Shown piece by piece: positions 60,977 to 64,000 of a stretch of DNA of 64,000 nucleotides; the stretch's first letter is position 1; every line of letters starts with the position of its first letter. Under the pieces are notes generated by a model. That model worked only from the letters and a program-made list of their open reading frames with translations. It was not told the origin of the DNA and searched no databases. Source of the DNA: Azolla caroliniana (lineage: Eukaryota > Plantae > Polypodiophyta); NCBI GenBank assembly GCA_043228905.1, contig JBHGNT010000009.1, forward strand, positions 18,166,001-18,230,000, in the 5' to 3' direction. The position numbers and the translations under genes are program-made.

Positions 60977-61680
60977 ATGGCTCTCTCCCACTTCGGACTC
61001 GGCAATCGCAGATCAACACAGGACCCCCTCGACGCCTTCTTCTCTGATTCCCTCCTCTTCCCTTCTTTCCCGCTCTCCTCTTTCCCTGACCATCCCGGCT
61101 TCGCCCGTGACATAGCAGCGGTAGCCAACACGCAGGTGGATTGGAAGGAGACTAACGATTCCCATGTGTTCAAGGCTAACTTACCTGGTAAAATTAAAGA
61201 CCTACTCTTCTCTAATTCAAGAATCGCACATTTCGCGAACATGTTGTGATTCTGGTAGATTTGAGTTTCTTTATTCAAGCATCGCACATTTCATGAACAT
61301 GTTGTGATTCTGGTAGATTTGAGTTTCTTCTGTGTTTATATATGATATGGTAAGATCTGTATCTGAACCCCTTGATGTGACAACAAATCATGATTGTAGG
61401 TCTGAGCAAGCAGGAAGTGAAGGTGCAGGTGGAGGACGGCCGCGTGTTGCAGATCAGCGGGGAGCGCAAGAAAGAGGAGAGTGCATCTACAGACAGATGG
61501 CACCGGGTGGAACGTTCCCAAGGAAGCTTCCTCAGGCGCTTCAGGCTCCCTGAGAATGCTAAGTTGGAGGAGGTGAAGGCGGCCATGGAGAATGGTGTGC
61601 TCACTGTCACTGTCCCAAAGGCTGCACCTCCCGAGCCAAAATCTGCGGTCCGTACCATTGACATATCATCAGATGATTAA
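60977..61680 (+). CDS. HSP20: Small heat-shock protein 6 (163 aa); exons 60977-61187 and 61400-61680
   Basis: Alpha-crystallin motifs; GT-AG intron of 212 bp; very similar to sHSP5. Confidence 0.96.
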
Positions 61681-62863
61681 ATTGATATGAAACACCACCA
61701 GCTTTGTGTTTGTGATTGTCATGTCCTGAAATCAGAAGTTCATGGGGTACACAAAATTTGTAATTGTTTCTTCGTCTTGTATTAATTTATGCTCAGTTTT
61801 TGTGGTCTTAATGATATCGTCTGCTGGTGGTAGCTTGGGTAGTTGTAATAGAATTGCTTTCTAGATTAGAGTAATGAGAGTTTTATACTTTGGTTCTCTC
61901 TCTTCATTCCCGAATGCACGCAGTTCCCATCCTCTTCTTTCTCTCGCTTTTCTTTTTTATCTTCCTTGTTTAGTTTGTCCAAAATTGATTGTATTAACGC
62001 GTAAACGGAATTGAGAAAACCAATATATAAATTATGTTCAATAGTTGGCATGGATTATTGAGTGTTTTGAGTGTCTATATGAATGGATCAGTTTTAATCA
62101 AGGCTCACTAACATTGTAATCAGGAGTGCATTGTTCGTATGGGTGGGTGGGTGGATTGGATTGAATAAACTTGGTGAACCTGTTGACGAGTAGAGGAAGC
62201 AATTCAATTATCTACAACTTTGAGGAAACAACTTACCACAGCACTGGGAAGCCAACAACATAAACAACTCGAATCGCCACAACCTCAAAGACTTAATAAA
62301 TTTCTGAAAATATTGAATAATAGAAGGGAGAATGAGTAGGAAAATTCACATGTCTGAAGAAGGGGAAATATAGAAATCATGATCAAACATGAATCACTAT
62401 TACGAACAAGAGAAGTATGTAATTATAAGAGGATGACATTGATTAGGTGGAAGAAGAACAAGGACAGCAAACCTTCGATGATATGTACGAAGCTATGGGG
62501 ATCAAACTCAGAGATTTCCATGAAGCATTGATTAGCTGGAAGAAGATAAACCACTCGATATTCTTTCTAGCATAACCTAGTTGTCCTTGAATCGCCAAGT
62601 TCTAACGGTTTTGAGACTATGTCTACTCTTGTATTAGTGAGACGAGTAGGAGAGGGTGTCATACACTTGTAAGCATATGAGCAAACACCAAAACTTTATC
62701 GAAGGAAGCCCTAAACCTAATCTAAATGCACAATTTAATTTAAGCTTGATTTATAACTTTTAATCACATAAAGCCATCTTGGTGGAGCATTATCTCCACT
62801 TTATTCTCTCTCCAAAAGGTTAAAGTCTTATTTGAAGACTTCATAGAAGAATCAATGTGAATA

Positions 62864-64000
62864 TGGCATCCTCAAATAAACCAAGCTGAAGAATTGGAAA
62901 AGATTATGGTGGTTGTTGAGAGAGAATGAATGAGAGCTAAAGGCTAAGATGCAGGTCTTGACTAGGCCATTGACTTCATTGTAGAGTTTATTGCCACAAA
63001 GAGATGTGCCTGAAGCAAGGTACGTATCAAGTTTTAAGCATGCCATCGTAGACAAGGTACAAAAGTAGGTTAACAAAATCCAAGGTAGAGTCATACCATC
63101 GAGTCTTGATGCAATTATACCTTGGGTTTTGGAGTAATTCACATGTTTAGCAAATTGAAACCATAACCACACTAACATGGCCTTGACATAGGTCAATTGT
63201 CCTTGATAAGAAGATAGATAGACTTCTAGTATAGTAAAAAACCCTAGGTCTGTAATATGAAGTTGTCAAGTGAGAACACGCTCAACAATTTCTCTTAAAA
63301 CATAGAATTGCAATATGCAATTCATACCTTCATTCCTTTCAGGATTAACTCGCATATAGTCATCATAAGATTAGGAAAAACTACGGAAAACCTATGTCAT
63401 GATCGGTTATGGTTCAATGGTTTGTACCAAACAAGGAATAATTTGTGATCCTTCACGAAGTGTCAACTATGGCAAAGAAGGTCTAAAGAAATTCATGGAA
63501 GATGACGTGCCAATAGCAAGGAAAAGAGTTAGAAACTTCAAGAAGCGAGAAACAAAATAATCAGAACAACAAAGACTTGGATACTAAAGAAGATAAATTA
63601 TTAAAAAGAGAAAATGTCCACAATTAGCACATATTAGAGCATGTGCAAGGTTGGTAGGGTGGGATGGATGTCATGCTGTCTATATTGATGAAGAGTGTAA
63701 AAACATGGATTCTGGCCTATCAAGTACTACTCCACAATATATGCAAATAAAAAAATGTTTGAACAAGTTTTGAGCCTAACCTATAAAAGAAAATATGTGA
63801 GTACCACTAAAGTAGTTCATAACAATGAGTCATTTGCATACATTGAAACCCTAGTCTTCTTCCATTGGATTTGTTCCAGGAACCCTTATCGAAGCAATAT
63901 TTTATTTCCTTGCACATTTCAGGTTAGAAAGATGCAAAACCATAGAATCCTCTCTAAAAAAATTGCTAACACAGAAAAACGCCACAATACAAACAAAGAA
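62864..64000 (+). mobile_element. Decayed gag of an element-B-like gypsy retrotransposon
   Basis: MASSN../AEELEKIMVVVE and QRDVPEARYVSSFKH align with MASSSNQAGELERMMLIVE and QRDVSEARQIASFKR of ORF 19122. Confidence 0.72.

Overview
Repeat-rich nuclear DNA of a land plant; the TE lineages suggest a non-seed plant, but that is inference. Left half (1-29.3 kb): a graveyard of gene fragments (3' exons of an enolase, an sHSP tail, a PORR domain) and a broken ~4.1 kb P-element-like DDE transposase. It also holds an L1 LINE split by two Ty3/gypsy LTR elements. Element A (10057-17072, TSD CATCC) keeps only integrase plus a long extra ORF and itself contains a solo LTR. Element B (17916-25964, TSD CCGT) has a tRNA-Trp PBS and LTRs carrying tRNA-like Pol III modules. 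Right half: six intact class-I-like small heat-shock protein genes, each with the same phase-1 intron and upstream HSEs, arranged as three head-to-head pairs. An intronless, divergent plastid-targeted EF-Tu gene lies inside the third pair. Also present are a Mutator-type MITE, a 5S-containing Cassandra-like remnant and decayed retroelements. All calls come from reading the sequence by eye; no database searches were run.
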